In this document: positions 18,911 through 27,223 of the stretch, piece by piece | Position numbering within the stretch: the first letter of the stretch is position 1 | Layout: every line of letters starts with the position of its first letter | Assembly: GCA_947625655.1 (NCBI GenBank) | Contig: CANQPD010000003.1 | Coordinates: 54,259 to 118,258, forward strand | DNA: 64,000 bases | Source: an uncultured Dysosmobacter sp. | GTDB taxonomy: Bacteria; Bacillota; Clostridia; Oscillospirales; Oscillospiraceae | Reading direction: 5' to 3' | Notes under the pieces: model-generated | Databases searched by the model: none | Told to the model about the DNA's origin: nothing | The model's input: only the letters and a program-made list of their open reading frames with translations | Translations under genes and position numbers: made by a program

Positions 18911-19795
18911 TCAATCCAGCTTTCTACGGAAGTTGCCGTACACCCGCACGCCCTCCTGCACGGTGAAAAACGCGTGGGGGTCAATGGAGTGGACCGCGTG
19001 GAGCAGCTCCTCGATCTCATACTTGGACAGGCTGACACACAGCACGTGGACGCCCTTGCCGGTGTACGCGCCGGTGCCGTTCCAGTAGGTGACGCCCCGG
19101 CCCAGCTTCTCCATGATGAACCGGCCCAGCATGTGCTCGTCCTCATGGGTGAAGATCAGGGCCATGACGTTGACGTTCTGCTGGTGCATCCGGTCCAGCA
19201 CCATGGAGGTAAAGAAGTTGTAGATCACGGAGTAAATGGCCACCTCGGGGCTGAACAGGATCAGGCAGGCGGTGTAGAGGAACACGTTGAAGGTCAGGGA
19301 GAACCTCCCCACGGTAAAGCTGCTGCCCCGCTTGCTCAGGCACAGGCCGATGACGTCCAGCCCGCCGCTGCTGCACCCGCAGGTCAGCACAATGCCGCTG
19401 CCCACGCCGGTGAGGATGCCGCCCAGCAGGCAGGCCGTCAGGTAATCGTCCACAATGGGCGCTGTGGGAATGGGAATGATGCTGTAAAACAGGGAGTAGG
19501 CGGTGGTGCAGATGATGGTTTTGACCACCAGCGCCCTGCCCAGATTCTTATAGGCAAACAGCAGAATGGGGATATTGACCAGAAAGTAGAGGATGCCGGC
19601 CACGTCATAGGCGCCGAAATCGACACCCGCATAAGTTTGCAGCAGGGTGCGGATCAGCTGGCAGACGCCCATGGTGCCGCCGGTATACAGGCTCAGCGGC
19701 ACGATGAACAGGTTCAGCGCGGCGGCGGCGATGAGCTCGCCCGCCACGGCGGCCACCAGACGCAGCCAGCGGTTGTGCAGCGTGTTGTAAAGCAT
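18911..19795 (-). CDS. YitT family membrane protein (DUF2179 C-terminal domain)
   Basis: MLYNTLHNRWLRLVAAVAGELIAAAALNLFIVP..., ...GRGVTYWNGTGAYTGKGVHVLCVSLSKYEIEELLHAVHSIDPHAFFTV. GGAGGG SD before ATG 19795. Confidence 0.8.
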   Translation of the reverse strand: MLYNTLHNRWLRLVAAVAGELIAAAALNLFIVPLSLYTGGTMGVCQLIRTLLQTYAGVDFGAYDVAGILYFLVNIPILLFAYKNLGRALVVKTIICTTAYSLFYSIIPIPTAPIVDDYLTACLLGGILTGVGSGIVLTCGCSSGGLDVIGLCLSKRGSSFTVGRFSLTFNVFLYTACLILFSPEVAIYSVIYNFFTSMVLDRMHQQNVNVMALIFTHEDEHMLGRFIMEKLGRGVTYWNGTGAYTGKGVHVLCVSLSKYEIEELLHAVHSIDPHAFFTVQEGVRVYGNFRRKLD

Positions 19796-19876
19796 GATAT
19801 CCCTCCTGTCGGTTAGGGTTAGGATGCCCCTCCGCTTTTGATTATACGGGCTTTCGCCCAAAACCACAAGAGGAAT

Positions 19877-20194
19877 TTACAGCGAATACCGCAGATACCG
19901 CCGCAGCCGCTCCATGGCCCGCCGCAGGGTCCTGCTGACGGTGGAGGGGTTGACCCCCAGCTCCCTGGCGATCTCAGCCGGACGCATGTTTTGATCAAAG
20001 CGCATGTCCACCATCCGGCGCTGGCAGGGCGTCAGTTCCCGTTCCCTGGCCATGCGGAGGTTCCTGCGCAGCCGGGCCAGCTGCTCCGCGTTGTCCCCGG
20101 AATTTTCCCGGAGCCACACGGTCATATCGCCGATCCACTCACTGCTGCGGGTATCAAAGGGCGTATTTCCCATGTTTGTGATAACTCCTGTCAT
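19877..20194 (-). CDS. small sigma-70 region-4-like HTH protein (start uncertain)
   Basis: ...RERELTPCQRRMVDMRFDQNMRPAEIARELGVNPSTVSRTLRRAMERLRRYL. This architecture is common in regulatory modules of clostridial integrated elements. Confidence 0.6.
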   Translation of the reverse strand: MTGVITNMGNTPFDTRSSEWIGDMTVWLRENSGDNAEQLARLRRNLRMARERELTPCQRRMVDMRFDQNMRPAEIARELGVNPSTVSRTLRRAMERLRRYLRYSL

Positions 20195-20387
20195 AGTAGT
20201 GGGCGGTCAGTGCCGCCAGATCCCGCTGCTCCCGCCAGAGGGGGAGCAGGGCGTTGATGCGCAGCCGCAGCAGCCGGGCCGCCTCAGCGTCCGCCTGCTC
20301 CCGCTCCGCCGCGCGCAGATCAACGATGCGGCCGCGGATGGCCGCCGCGCTGTCCGCGTATTGGACGGACATTTCCAAAAGCGTCAT
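20154..20387 (-). CDS. hypothetical small helical protein
   Basis: 77-aa ORF that overlaps both neighbours, suggesting translational coupling. No recognisable domain. Confidence 0.4.
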   Translation of the reverse strand: MTLLEMSVQYADSAAAIRGRIVDLRAAEREQADAEAARLLRLRINALLPLWREQRDLAALTAHYYDRSYHKHGKYAL

Positions 20388-20575
20388 GGTTCCACTTCCC
20401 TTCCCCGGGTCTCACGGCAGGGGGCCAGCTCCTGCCGGGCGAATGCCGGCAGACACGCCGCGCAGACGCGGCTGCCGTTGCAGGCCCAGTATTCCTCTCC
20501 CATGGTGATCTCCTGGCCGCAGAGGGTGCAGCGCAGGGTGGTTTGCCGCCGGACGCGGCGGTTTCGATGCTGCAA
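20384..20575 (-). CDS. hypothetical CxxC...CxxC zinc-ribbon protein (TTG start)
   Basis: ...RCTLCGQEITMGEEYWACNGSRVCAACLPAF. AGGAGG lies 8 nt before TTG 20575. The track ORF 20384..20836 over-extends through two tRNAs. Confidence 0.4.
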   Translation of the reverse strand: MQHRNRRVRRQTTLRCTLCGQEITMGEEYWACNGSRVCAACLPAFARQELAPCRETRGREVEP

Positions 20576-20619
20576 GCGATCATCCTCCTTTAAAAATAAT
20601 AAAAAACAAAAAAATCTTG

Positions 20620-20648
20620 TTGACAAAATGAAAGGCATCTGGTAATAT
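20620..20648 (+). promoter_or_regulatory. promoter of the tRNA-Thr/tRNA-Tyr pair with an A-rich UP-like tract
   Basis: AATAAAAAACAAAAAAATC then TTGACA, 17 nt, TAATAT. Confidence 0.65.
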
Positions 20649-20667
20649 AAATCCTGCTGTTGGAACT

Positions 20668-20743
20668 GCTGGTGTAGCTCAGCTGGTAGAGCAGCTGATT
20701 TGTAATCAGCAGGTCGGGGGTTCGAATCCGTCCACCAGCTCCA
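20668..20743 (+). tRNA. tRNA-Thr (TGT)
   Basis: GCTGGTG acceptor, anticodon loop TTTGTAA, TTCGAAT T-loop (one G-G mismatch in the T-stem), encoded CCA. Confidence 0.85.
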
Positions 20744-20753
20744 AATTTCATAT

Positions 20754-20838
20754 GGGGGAATTCCAGAGCGGTCAAATGGGGCAGACTGTAAATCTGTTGT
20801 CACTGACTTCGGTGGTTCGAATCCACCTTCCCCCACCA
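20754..20838 (+). tRNA. tRNA-Tyr (GTA), class II with long variable arm
   Basis: GGGGGAA acceptor, loop CTGTAAA, 13-nt variable arm, GGTGG-TTCGAAT-CCACC, encoded CCA. Confidence 0.9.
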
Positions 20839-21081
20839 GTTCAGAAAAAGCCCTGAGGCGATGAGAAAAGCCTCAGGGCTTTTCTCATGCGCCGGGCGTG
20901 CTTTTTCTTCACTTCCAACCGCGATTCGCTCCGCTGGATTCGCGGTTGGATAGAGAGGCCCGGAATGGACACCGGCGCGAAGCGCATCAAATCAAAAGTT
21001 CGACGCCCGCCGCAGCGGGTGTGCAGGACGCACCCGCCGCAGGCGGCACTTGGCGGCCTGCAATCCACCTTCCCCCACCAG
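20820..21081. repeat. 222-bp insert (20840-21061) flanked by a perfect 20-bp direct repeat of the tRNA-Tyr 3' end
   Basis: AATCCACCTTCCCCCACCAG occurs at 20820-20839 and 21062-21081. The displaced copy is followed by the hairpin GATCATCCAGTC-TTTC-GACTGGATGATTTTT, probably the original tRNA terminator. Confidence 0.8.
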
Positions 21082-21154
21082 ATCATCCAGTCTTTCGACT
21101 GGATGATTTTTATCGCGCAAAGGAAGCAAAATTATTGTTAAAGTGAACCAAAAA

Positions 21155-21268
21155 AACAAGAAGCTTGTTAACAAAGCAGATAATAGCACATCTGTTCGAT
21201 ATTGTCAAGCAGTTTTAACAAGAAACTTGTTTAAAAATATTGACACCACCATTCACATGAGGTAAGAT
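21155..21268 (+). promoter_or_regulatory. promoter (TTGACA, 17 nt, TAAGAT at 21240-21268) preceded by two AACAAG-N3-CTTGTT palindromes (21155-21169, 21217-21231)
   Basis: Read directly. The second palindrome ends 8 nt before the -35. Candidate autoregulatory operators of the downstream XRE-S24 repressor. Confidence 0.5.
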
Positions 21269-21297
21269 GGAAAAAACAGCTTAGGAGGGACAACTCG

Positions 21298-22050
21298 ATG
21301 AGCTTTGGGAAGCGGGTGCAGGCGCGCCGGGAATCACTGGGGATTTCCCAGGCGGCCCTGGCAAAATTGCTGGGGGTATCCCAGTCGACCATCGGCAACT
21401 ATGAGGCGGACATCAGTTTCCCCAAGGAGGAGATCCTGCTCCGCCTGTTTGACTGCCTGGAGACGGACCCCAACGCCCTGTTCCGGGACAGTTTCCGCTC
21501 CGGCGGCCAGGTCCTGACCCACAGCGAGCGGCAGCTGCTGGAGCGCTACCGGGGCCTTTCCCCCAAGGGGCGGGAGACGGTGCGATCCGTGGTGGAGGCG
21601 CTTTGCGATTACCGGGACGACCTGGAGTCCGGCAGAACAGAGCAGGAGCCCCGGATGATCCCCCTGTACCGCAGCCCTGCGGCGGCGGGCTACGCGGCGC
21701 CGGTGTTTGGGGAGGATTTCGATTACATCCCCGTTACGGACGATGTGCCCCAGGCGGCGGAATTTGCCGTCCGCATCCAGGGGGACTCCATGGCCCCCTA
21801 CATCGCCGACGGCTCGGTGGCCTATGTGAACCGGGACCCGCTGAAGGCGGGGGATGTGGGCGTTTTCTGCGTGGACGGCGACATTTTCTGCAAGCAGTAT
21901 TACAAGGACCCGGCGGGGATCGTGTACCTCTTCTCCCTGAACCGGGCCAGAGCCGACGCGGATCTGGTGTTCCCCCCCGCCAGCGGCCGGGCGCTGGCCT
22001 GCTTCGGCCGGGTCATTATCCACGCGCTGCCTCTGCCGGGAAAGGCGTAA
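21298..22050 (+). CDS. XRE-HTH / S24 (LexA-like) peptidase repressor, phage CI type
   Basis: 250 aa. N-terminal RRESLGISQAALAKLLGVSQSTIGNYE. C-terminal ...VRIQGDSMAPYIADGSVAYVNRD...DIFCKQYY (Ser-Lys dyad context). Confidence 0.85.
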   Translation: MSFGKRVQARRESLGISQAALAKLLGVSQSTIGNYEADISFPKEEILLRLFDCLETDPNALFRDSFRSGGQVLTHSERQLLERYRGLSPKGRETVRSVVEALCDYRDDLESGRTEQEPRMIPLYRSPAAAGYAAPVFGEDFDYIPVTDDVPQAAEFAVRIQGDSMAPYIADGSVAYVNRDPLKAGDVGVFCVDGDIFCKQYYKDPAGIVYLFSLNRARADADLVFPPASGRALACFGRVIIHALPLPGKA

Positions 22051-22110
22051 AAAGAGCCCTGCCGCAAAACCGGTTGGTTTTGCGGCAGGGTTTTTCAGTG
22101 TGCGGACGGT

Positions 22111-22845
22111 TCAGACGATAAAGCCGCCATCGGCGGTCAGCACCTGCCCGGTCAAAAAAGCGGCCTTCTCCGAGGCGAAAAACGCCACGGCGTGGGCAAT
22201 GTCCTCCGGCGTGCCCAGGCGGCCCAGGGGGGTCTCCTCCACCAGCATGGCGCGGGTCTCCGGGCCCAGAACCCGGACCATGTCCGTCTCGATGCAGCCC
22301 GGGGCCACACAGTTCACCCGGATGCCGGAGGGGGCCAGCTCCAGGGCCAGGGAGCGGGTCAGGCCCACGACGGCCGCCTTGGAGCAGGCGTAGGCCACCT
22401 CGCAGCTGGCGCCCCGCAGGCCCCAGATGGAGGAGATGTTGACGATACAGCCACTCTTTTCAGAGAGCATGTGGGGCAGGACGGCCTGGATGGCGTTCCG
22501 GGCGCCGGTGAGGTTCACCGCCAGGATGCGGTCCCAGGCCGCGTCGTCGGTGTCCTGAAACAGGCCCTGGCGGGAGATGCCCGCGTTGTTCACCAGCAGC
22601 CCAATGGGGCCCAGCTCCGCCGCGGCGGCCCGCGCCATGGCCTCCACCGCCTGCCGGTCCGCCACGTCCGCCCGAATGGCGACAGCCTCCCGCCCCTGGG
22701 CACGGAGCCGGCGGACCAGTTCCTCCGCCTCCGCCTGATGCTCCAGATAGTTGACGCAGACCGGCCAGCCCTCCGCGGAAAGTTCCGCCGCGATGGCCCG
22801 CCCGATCCCTCTGGATGCGCCGGTGACCAGTGCCGCGTGTTTCAT
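22111..22845 (-). CDS. SDR oxidoreductase, 3-oxoacyl-ACP reductase (FabG)-like
   Basis: MKHAALVTGASRGIGRAIA..., ...NNAG..., ...YACSKAAV. ATG 22845 is preferred over the longer track ORF. Confidence 0.85.
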   Translation of the reverse strand: MKHAALVTGASRGIGRAIAAELSAEGWPVCVNYLEHQAEAEELVRRLRAQGREAVAIRADVADRQAVEAMARAAAAELGPIGLLVNNAGISRQGLFQDTDDAAWDRILAVNLTGARNAIQAVLPHMLSEKSGCIVNISSIWGLRGASCEVAYACSKAAVVGLTRSLALELAPSGIRVNCVAPGCIETDMVRVLGPETRAMLVEETPLGRLGTPEDIAHAVAFFASEKAAFLTGQVLTADGGFIV

Positions 22846-22910
22846 GTCCAGCCCCCCTTTGTTCATTGTGGGCAGTATAACAAAAAAAACAAAAAAGTGC
22901 AAGAAAAGTG

Positions 22911-22939
22911 TTGACAAAACCGCGGGGGTCGTGTATTCT
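22911..22939 (+). promoter_or_regulatory. promoter of tRNA-Val with an A-rich upstream tract
   Basis: CAAAAAAAACAAAAAAGTG...TTGACA, 17 nt, TATTCT. Same layout as the Thr/Tyr promoter. Confidence 0.5.
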
Positions 22940-22955
22940 ATATTCGTTCCGCTTC

Positions 22956-23032
22956 GGACGATTAGCTCAGCTGGCTAGAGCACCTGCTTGACGTGCAGGG
23001 GGTCACAGGTTCGAGTCCTGTATCGTCCACCA
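22956..23032 (+). tRNA. tRNA-Val (GAC)
   Basis: GGACGAT acceptor, loop TTGACGT, ACAGG-TTCGAGT-CCTGT, encoded CCA. Confidence 0.9.
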
Positions 23033-23115
23033 GCGCAATGCCCTGGGGCCGTAAGGCTCCAGGGCTTTTGCTTTGTTTCCAACTTTTCCGATTTGTTAGT
23101 AACGTGTTAGTAACG

Positions 23116-24186
23116 TCAACCCTCGACCGCTTTGACAAGGGTGTCAACATCAATATGTGTGTAGACATTTGCGGTGGTGGAGTAATCTGCGTGGCCCAGG
23201 ATTTTTTGCAGCACCTCCGGGGCCATGCCCTCTTTGACGGCCCTAGACGTATAAGTGTGCCGCGTGGAATGTGGGCTCTTGCGCGGGATGCTCAGGCGAT
23301 CCAGCAGCGGATAGTAATCCCGCTTGCGATAATTTGCTGGCACCTTGTCTCCAACATAGCCGGACAAGAGCAGCGGGCCGTCCGCGTGTCTGGCAAAATA
23401 GGCAAAATGCTCCCGCCCCTCTGGCCGGATGGGGATGACGCGGTTTCGGCCCGCCTCCGTCTTAGAGCCTCCAATGACATAAGTCTCGTGATAATCTTCC
23501 AGCCGCATGGAAAACAGCTCCCCGATCCGCATACCTGTAGATAATAGCATCAACACGATGCGGGCGGCCTCCGATCCGTCAGCTTCGATTCTCTCAATTT
23601 CTTCGTCCGTAAAAATTTCCTTTTCCTTTTTTACGCTTTCCGGCAGCCGGACAAATTTGCCGAAGTTTGTCGTACATATTTCCTCCCGGATCGCCCATTG
23701 GGCCATTTGGGTAAGGAGCTGCTTGTACTTGGACACGGTGGAGTGGGACTTGCTCATATGCCGGTCAACGATTGCCTGGAAGTCCGGGGTGCGCAGATCC
23801 CGGAACTTTTTATCGTGGAGAGGCGCAAACACGTCAAAGGCCCGGTTATAGGATTCCACGCCTTTTACGCCGATTTCCTTGTAGTGCTCCTCTTTCCACG
23901 CCTCAAATACGTCCGCAAAGGTCATGTTGTACCGCTCCGACAAAGGCTTGCCGGAAAGGCGCTCTAAAGCCTCTACAGCGTCCGTCTTACGCTCGTAGTA
24001 CCCAATGACCACTTTGCCCTTTGCGGCGACCCAGGGGCGTTTCCTGCGGCCCTGGAGCTTGTATATCGTCCCTGTCCCGTTTGGCCGCTTCAACGCCTTG
24101 CGCTTTTCCGCAGCTTGGTTTGTGCCGCAGAACAGGCAAAACTTGCTCCCGTCCGGGATTTCTTTTTTGCATTTTCGGCATTGCAT
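23116..24186 (-). CDS. int: tyrosine-type site-specific integrase with N-terminal zinc-ribbon
   Basis: MQCRKCKKEIPDGSKFCLFCG..., SAM-like core-binding region, catalytic ...TGMRIGEL..., ...HSTRHTYTS..., ...LGHADYSTTANVYTH. GGAGGG SD before ATG 24186. Confidence 0.85.
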   Translation of the reverse strand: MQCRKCKKEIPDGSKFCLFCGTNQAAEKRKALKRPNGTGTIYKLQGRRKRPWVAAKGKVVIGYYERKTDAVEALERLSGKPLSERYNMTFADVFEAWKEEHYKEIGVKGVESYNRAFDVFAPLHDKKFRDLRTPDFQAIVDRHMSKSHSTVSKYKQLLTQMAQWAIREEICTTNFGKFVRLPESVKKEKEIFTDEEIERIEADGSEAARIVLMLLSTGMRIGELFSMRLEDYHETYVIGGSKTEAGRNRVIPIRPEGREHFAYFARHADGPLLLSGYVGDKVPANYRKRDYYPLLDRLSIPRKSPHSTRHTYTSRAVKEGMAPEVLQKILGHADYSTTANVYTHIDVDTLVKAVEG

Positions 24187-24385
24187 CTTGATTTTCCCTC
24201 CGATCTCGTATAAGATGGAGGAGTGATATGGACAGCCCAGACCTATCACCCCTATCGCCGCCCCTGGTGTGTCAGCGCCGGGGGCGGTCTTTTTCACAAA
24301 ATAATTGCCAAGAAACTTGTTAAAATGCCCATTGACTAGCAAGAATTTCGGGTATATAGTAAGTTTACAGAATCGAACAAACGTT

Positions 24386-24862
24386 TTATGCTCTGAACAA
24401 CCCGTAATTTGGATTGGTCAGATCGAAGTGCAGAAGATAGGCCAGGAACGCGATCACAACAAGAGCGGTTATCCCCAGCAGACAATAAATGATTGGCCTC
24501 CGGCGTCGGACTTCTTCTTGGGCCGCCTTGATTGCCTCATCCTTCAGGCTGATAATATTTGCCTGATTGGAAATATCTTTTTTGTAGTCTCGGCATTTTT
24601 GCTCCAGCTCTAAAATTCGGGCATCCTTTTCCGCAGATTCCTTTGGCGTTTCTTCATTATTTATCCCAAAGTATCTATCCAGAGACACGCCAAGAGCCGC
24701 ACAGATCGGGCCAACAGTATATACTGACGGTGCTTTTGATGCGGTGGAAAAATAGGTGTTTACCGTATTTACAGACATGTCCGCCTTGTCGGCGATTGTT
24801 TGATTTGTGTAATTTAGGATATTCTTTCGATCCTTGCACAAATCTTTTATTAAAACTTCCAT
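24386..24862 (-). CDS. HTH-like regulator with coiled-coil and C-terminal TM anchor
   Basis: 158 aa. LNYTNQTIADKADMSVNTVNTYFS (HTH-like), charged helical middle, PIIYCLLGITALVVIAFLAYLL near the C-terminus. Confidence 0.55.
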   Translation of the reverse strand: MEVLIKDLCKDRKNILNYTNQTIADKADMSVNTVNTYFSTASKAPSVYTVGPICAALGVSLDRYFGINNEETPKESAEKDARILELEQKCRDYKKDISNQANIISLKDEAIKAAQEEVRRRRPIIYCLLGITALVVIAFLAYLLHFDLTNPNYGLFRA

Positions 24863-25078
24863 TCGGGGGTCTCCTTTTGCAAATTGTGAGGTTAGACATT
24901 AAAGTTGCAAGGTTTCGTTTGCCGAAACAACCAGCCTTCGCGCAATTTTAACGGGATCAAATATAGACGCTGCGAACCTCAATCTGCTAGGATAAGCCCA
25001 TAGCAGATCGGTGGTTAAGGTTCTGTCTGCTATAAGGCCCCGTCACCTGTCGCATAGGCGGCGGGGCCATCTTTTTAA

Positions 25079-25951
25079 TTAAAGAGCTGCCGGGTCAAAA
25101 TCCATGGATACGACTGGCGGGTTGGATTCAAAAGTAAGCCATTCGGATACTTCAAATTCAACAACCGATGTCTCGCTGTCCAGAACATACGCAGCTTGAA
25201 TATCAATGGTAGTTCCGGGGCGAACGTCCTTCATAGAAGCGTCGGAATCATATACATCAGAATCCAAAATCATGGCAGTTTCTAATTCGACGCCATCCTG
25301 GAATGCCTGACTGTACATGGAAGTCATCGCGTTTGTTGTATCATCACTGTTGTTTGTCCAAGCGTATGTGATAATGATTGCCGGGTTTCCTTCGTAGTCC
25401 TGTGCTAATTTCGCGCCTTTTATTTCGACTTCATAATCGCCAATATCCCCGGAACCTTCCATAATTTCACGTTCCGGATCCGCTGTTTTTTCTGCGTATC
25501 CCCATTCCGCTTTTTCAAAATTCATGTCCTGCGTTTCTCCAAACGAAGTCACAGAACAAGAGATTTTCCCATCCTGATATGTAAAATCTTTTGTGGCATC
25601 GGTTGAAGCGAGCAATGCGGAATTGTTTCTGTCAGAATCAGCATTAGATGTCCATGTGTATGGTTCATCTGCCGTTGTGGGAGCATCAAAACTTCCGGCC
25701 CAATACAGGGCGACCATATCTTCGGACGGAATCACCCAGTATACTTCAATGGATTCTCCATCAATATAGGCGCCCATGCAAGTCCCGTCATCGGACTCAT
25801 CACTTTTCCATTCGCCGGACAAATCAGGCGCTGCGGGGATTTCTTTTTCAGTAGTATTCTGCGGTTGCTGCGGATCACTGGAATTTCCGCCACAAGCAGC
25901 CAAAGAAAAACAGAGGAAAACGCACACCGCAAGAGCAAAAATCTTTTTCAT
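25079..25951 (-). CDS. lipoprotein, DUF5067/DUF4352-like C-terminal domain
   Basis: MKKIFALAVCVFLCFSLAACGGNSS (lipobox LAAC). C-terminal ...YEGNPAIIITYAWTNNSDDTTNAMTSMYSQAFQDGVELE resembles the immunoglobulin-like DUF5067 fold. This is a family call from memory. Confidence 0.65.
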   Translation of the reverse strand: MKKIFALAVCVFLCFSLAACGGNSSDPQQPQNTTEKEIPAAPDLSGEWKSDESDDGTCMGAYIDGESIEVYWVIPSEDMVALYWAGSFDAPTTADEPYTWTSNADSDRNNSALLASTDATKDFTYQDGKISCSVTSFGETQDMNFEKAEWGYAEKTADPEREIMEGSGDIGDYEVEIKGAKLAQDYEGNPAIIITYAWTNNSDDTTNAMTSMYSQAFQDGVELETAMILDSDVYDSDASMKDVRPGTTIDIQAAYVLDSETSVVEFEVSEWLTFESNPPVVSMDFDPAAL

Positions 25952-26085
25952 AATCTTCCTTCTCTCTATAAAATCCCGCCCTCGGCGGATTGGATAACAA
26001 TATTAACATAAAGGAGAGCGCAGCATGACGCCGAACGAAGCAAGGAAATTGATTTCCAAATTAACATACGAAGAAAAGCGCGCCC

Positions 26086-26442
26086 TCAACGAGCTGCTAA
26101 AAGCCCTTGAACAAACGCGTCAACCTGCTGAAGTTCTTCCGGCGTCAATTTGCAAAGACGCATAATCAATTCAGAATCGAGTAATTGCTCATCGCTTTTT
26201 GCGATGAGCTTTTCTCTTATATCCGTTTCTCCTTTTAGCCATTCAACGGAAACATTGTACTTGTCGGATATTTCGTGCAATTTCCCGTGATAAGAGGCAC
26301 TACTTCCATTTATCCACATAGAGACAATATCGCCGCTGTCATATCCGAGACTCATGGCAAAGTTTTTCTTTGCCCCACGCACAAACTTTCCATCGTCTTT
26401 TTTGGGGAGCAATGAAAGAATTCTTTCTAGCGTTATGTCCAT
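26086..26442 (-). CDS. phage CI-repressor-N-terminal-like HTH protein
   Basis: MDITLERILSLLPKKDDGKFVRGAKKNFAMSLGYDSGDIVSMWINGSSASYHGKLHEISDKYNVSVEWLKGE. GAGGA lies 7 nt before ATG 26442. Confidence 0.55.
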   Translation of the reverse strand: MDITLERILSLLPKKDDGKFVRGAKKNFAMSLGYDSGDIVSMWINGSSASYHGKLHEISDKYNVSVEWLKGETDIREKLIAKSDEQLLDSELIMRLCKLTPEELQQVDAFVQGLLAAR

Positions 26443-26670
26443 AAAACCATCCTCATTTTGTGCAAACATACAAAACCGAATAAATTCAGGAAAATGGCTT
26501 TACAAACCGAATTTCATGAGTTATCATATGAACATACCCAAGTTACGGGTATAAAAATTTGACCCCTCATAGAGCGGTTTTCAATATTTCCTGGCAGTTG
26601 TATTGTATCACCGCTTTTATGAGGATGTCAATATGAAAACTCATATTTTTAAGGTTTTGGTGGTAAAAAA

Positions 26671-26880
26671 GTGAAGGTTAAGAAAAACACGGATTCGGTC
26701 GAGCGCATGCTAAAAAAACAACCCCCATCAATAATTATTGATGGGGTAGAAATCCCAAGTTACCAATGCATGTGGGAAAAATTCTGTGAGGTTGAAATCA
26801 AACTTTCGAGGCAGAGAAAAGCAATCATGATATTAGGGGCAGCGATCACGCTGGTTGCATTAAAGCTACTATTGAGGTGA
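26671..26880 (+). CDS. hypothetical small tail-anchored membrane protein (GTG start)
   Basis: 69 aa with C-terminal AIMILGAAITLVALKLLL. Overlaps the convergent ORF by 35 nt. Confidence 0.3.
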   Translation: MKVKKNTDSVERMLKKQPPSIIIDGVEIPSYQCMWEKFCEVEIKLSRQRKAIMILGAAITLVALKLLLR

Positions 26881-27223
26881 CCAGGGAAACTGTGGAAATG
26901 ATAAGGGCGATGAAGTCCGGCCATTTGTCGGCGATGTAATCAAGCCATTCTTTCCTCCTGAAATACTTCCAATGCAGCCCTTTATGCGAAAGGCGAAAAC
27001 TAACGGGCCTGCCTTTTACGATTTGGTATTCCAAATATCAATTTGATTCCAGAAAGTGAACAGCGGCGCGAGTGTCTTCAATTCGATATCCAAGCATTTT
27101 TGAAAAATCTTCAATTGTGCTATCCCCCATGCTTTCCCATGCAGCATCAAAAACGCAGATATAGCCTGTTCCTTTTTTGAATTTGATAAGACTGTTAAGC
27201 AATTTCTTTGCATCCCTATCCAT
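26846..27223 (-). pseudogene. hypothetical tail-anchored protein interrupted by a single in-frame TGA (27038-27040)
   Basis: ORFs 27038..27223 and 26846..27034 are in the same frame: ...VHFLESN-TGA-Y-LEYQIVKGRP.... The distal part ends in the TM segment FIALIISTVSLVTSIVAL. Confidence 0.4.

Noticed and set aside
20384-20836. 150-aa ORF overlapping tRNA-Thr and tRNA-Tyr
   Set aside because: The upstream two-thirds is the antisense of two tRNA genes. Only the distal CxxC portion, with its own SD and TTG, is plausible.
24305-24613. 102-aa plus-strand ORF downstream of the TTGACT/TATAGT promoter in the island
   Set aside because: It lies antisense to the better-supported HTH-TM gene, has no SD, and its sequence is implausible. 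The promoter is more likely to drive an antisense RNA, if it is active at all.
26026-26166. 46-codon plus-strand ORF (MTPNEARKLISKLTYEEKRALNELLKALEQ...) between the lipoprotein and HTH genes
   Set aside because: It is short, overlaps the 3' end of the convergent 26086-26442 gene, and has no clear SD. It cannot be supported from sequence alone.
27038-27040. In-frame TGA as selenocysteine
   Set aside because: I saw no SECIS-like hairpin immediately downstream and there is no redox-protein context. A nonsense mutation or simple read-through is more parsimonious.
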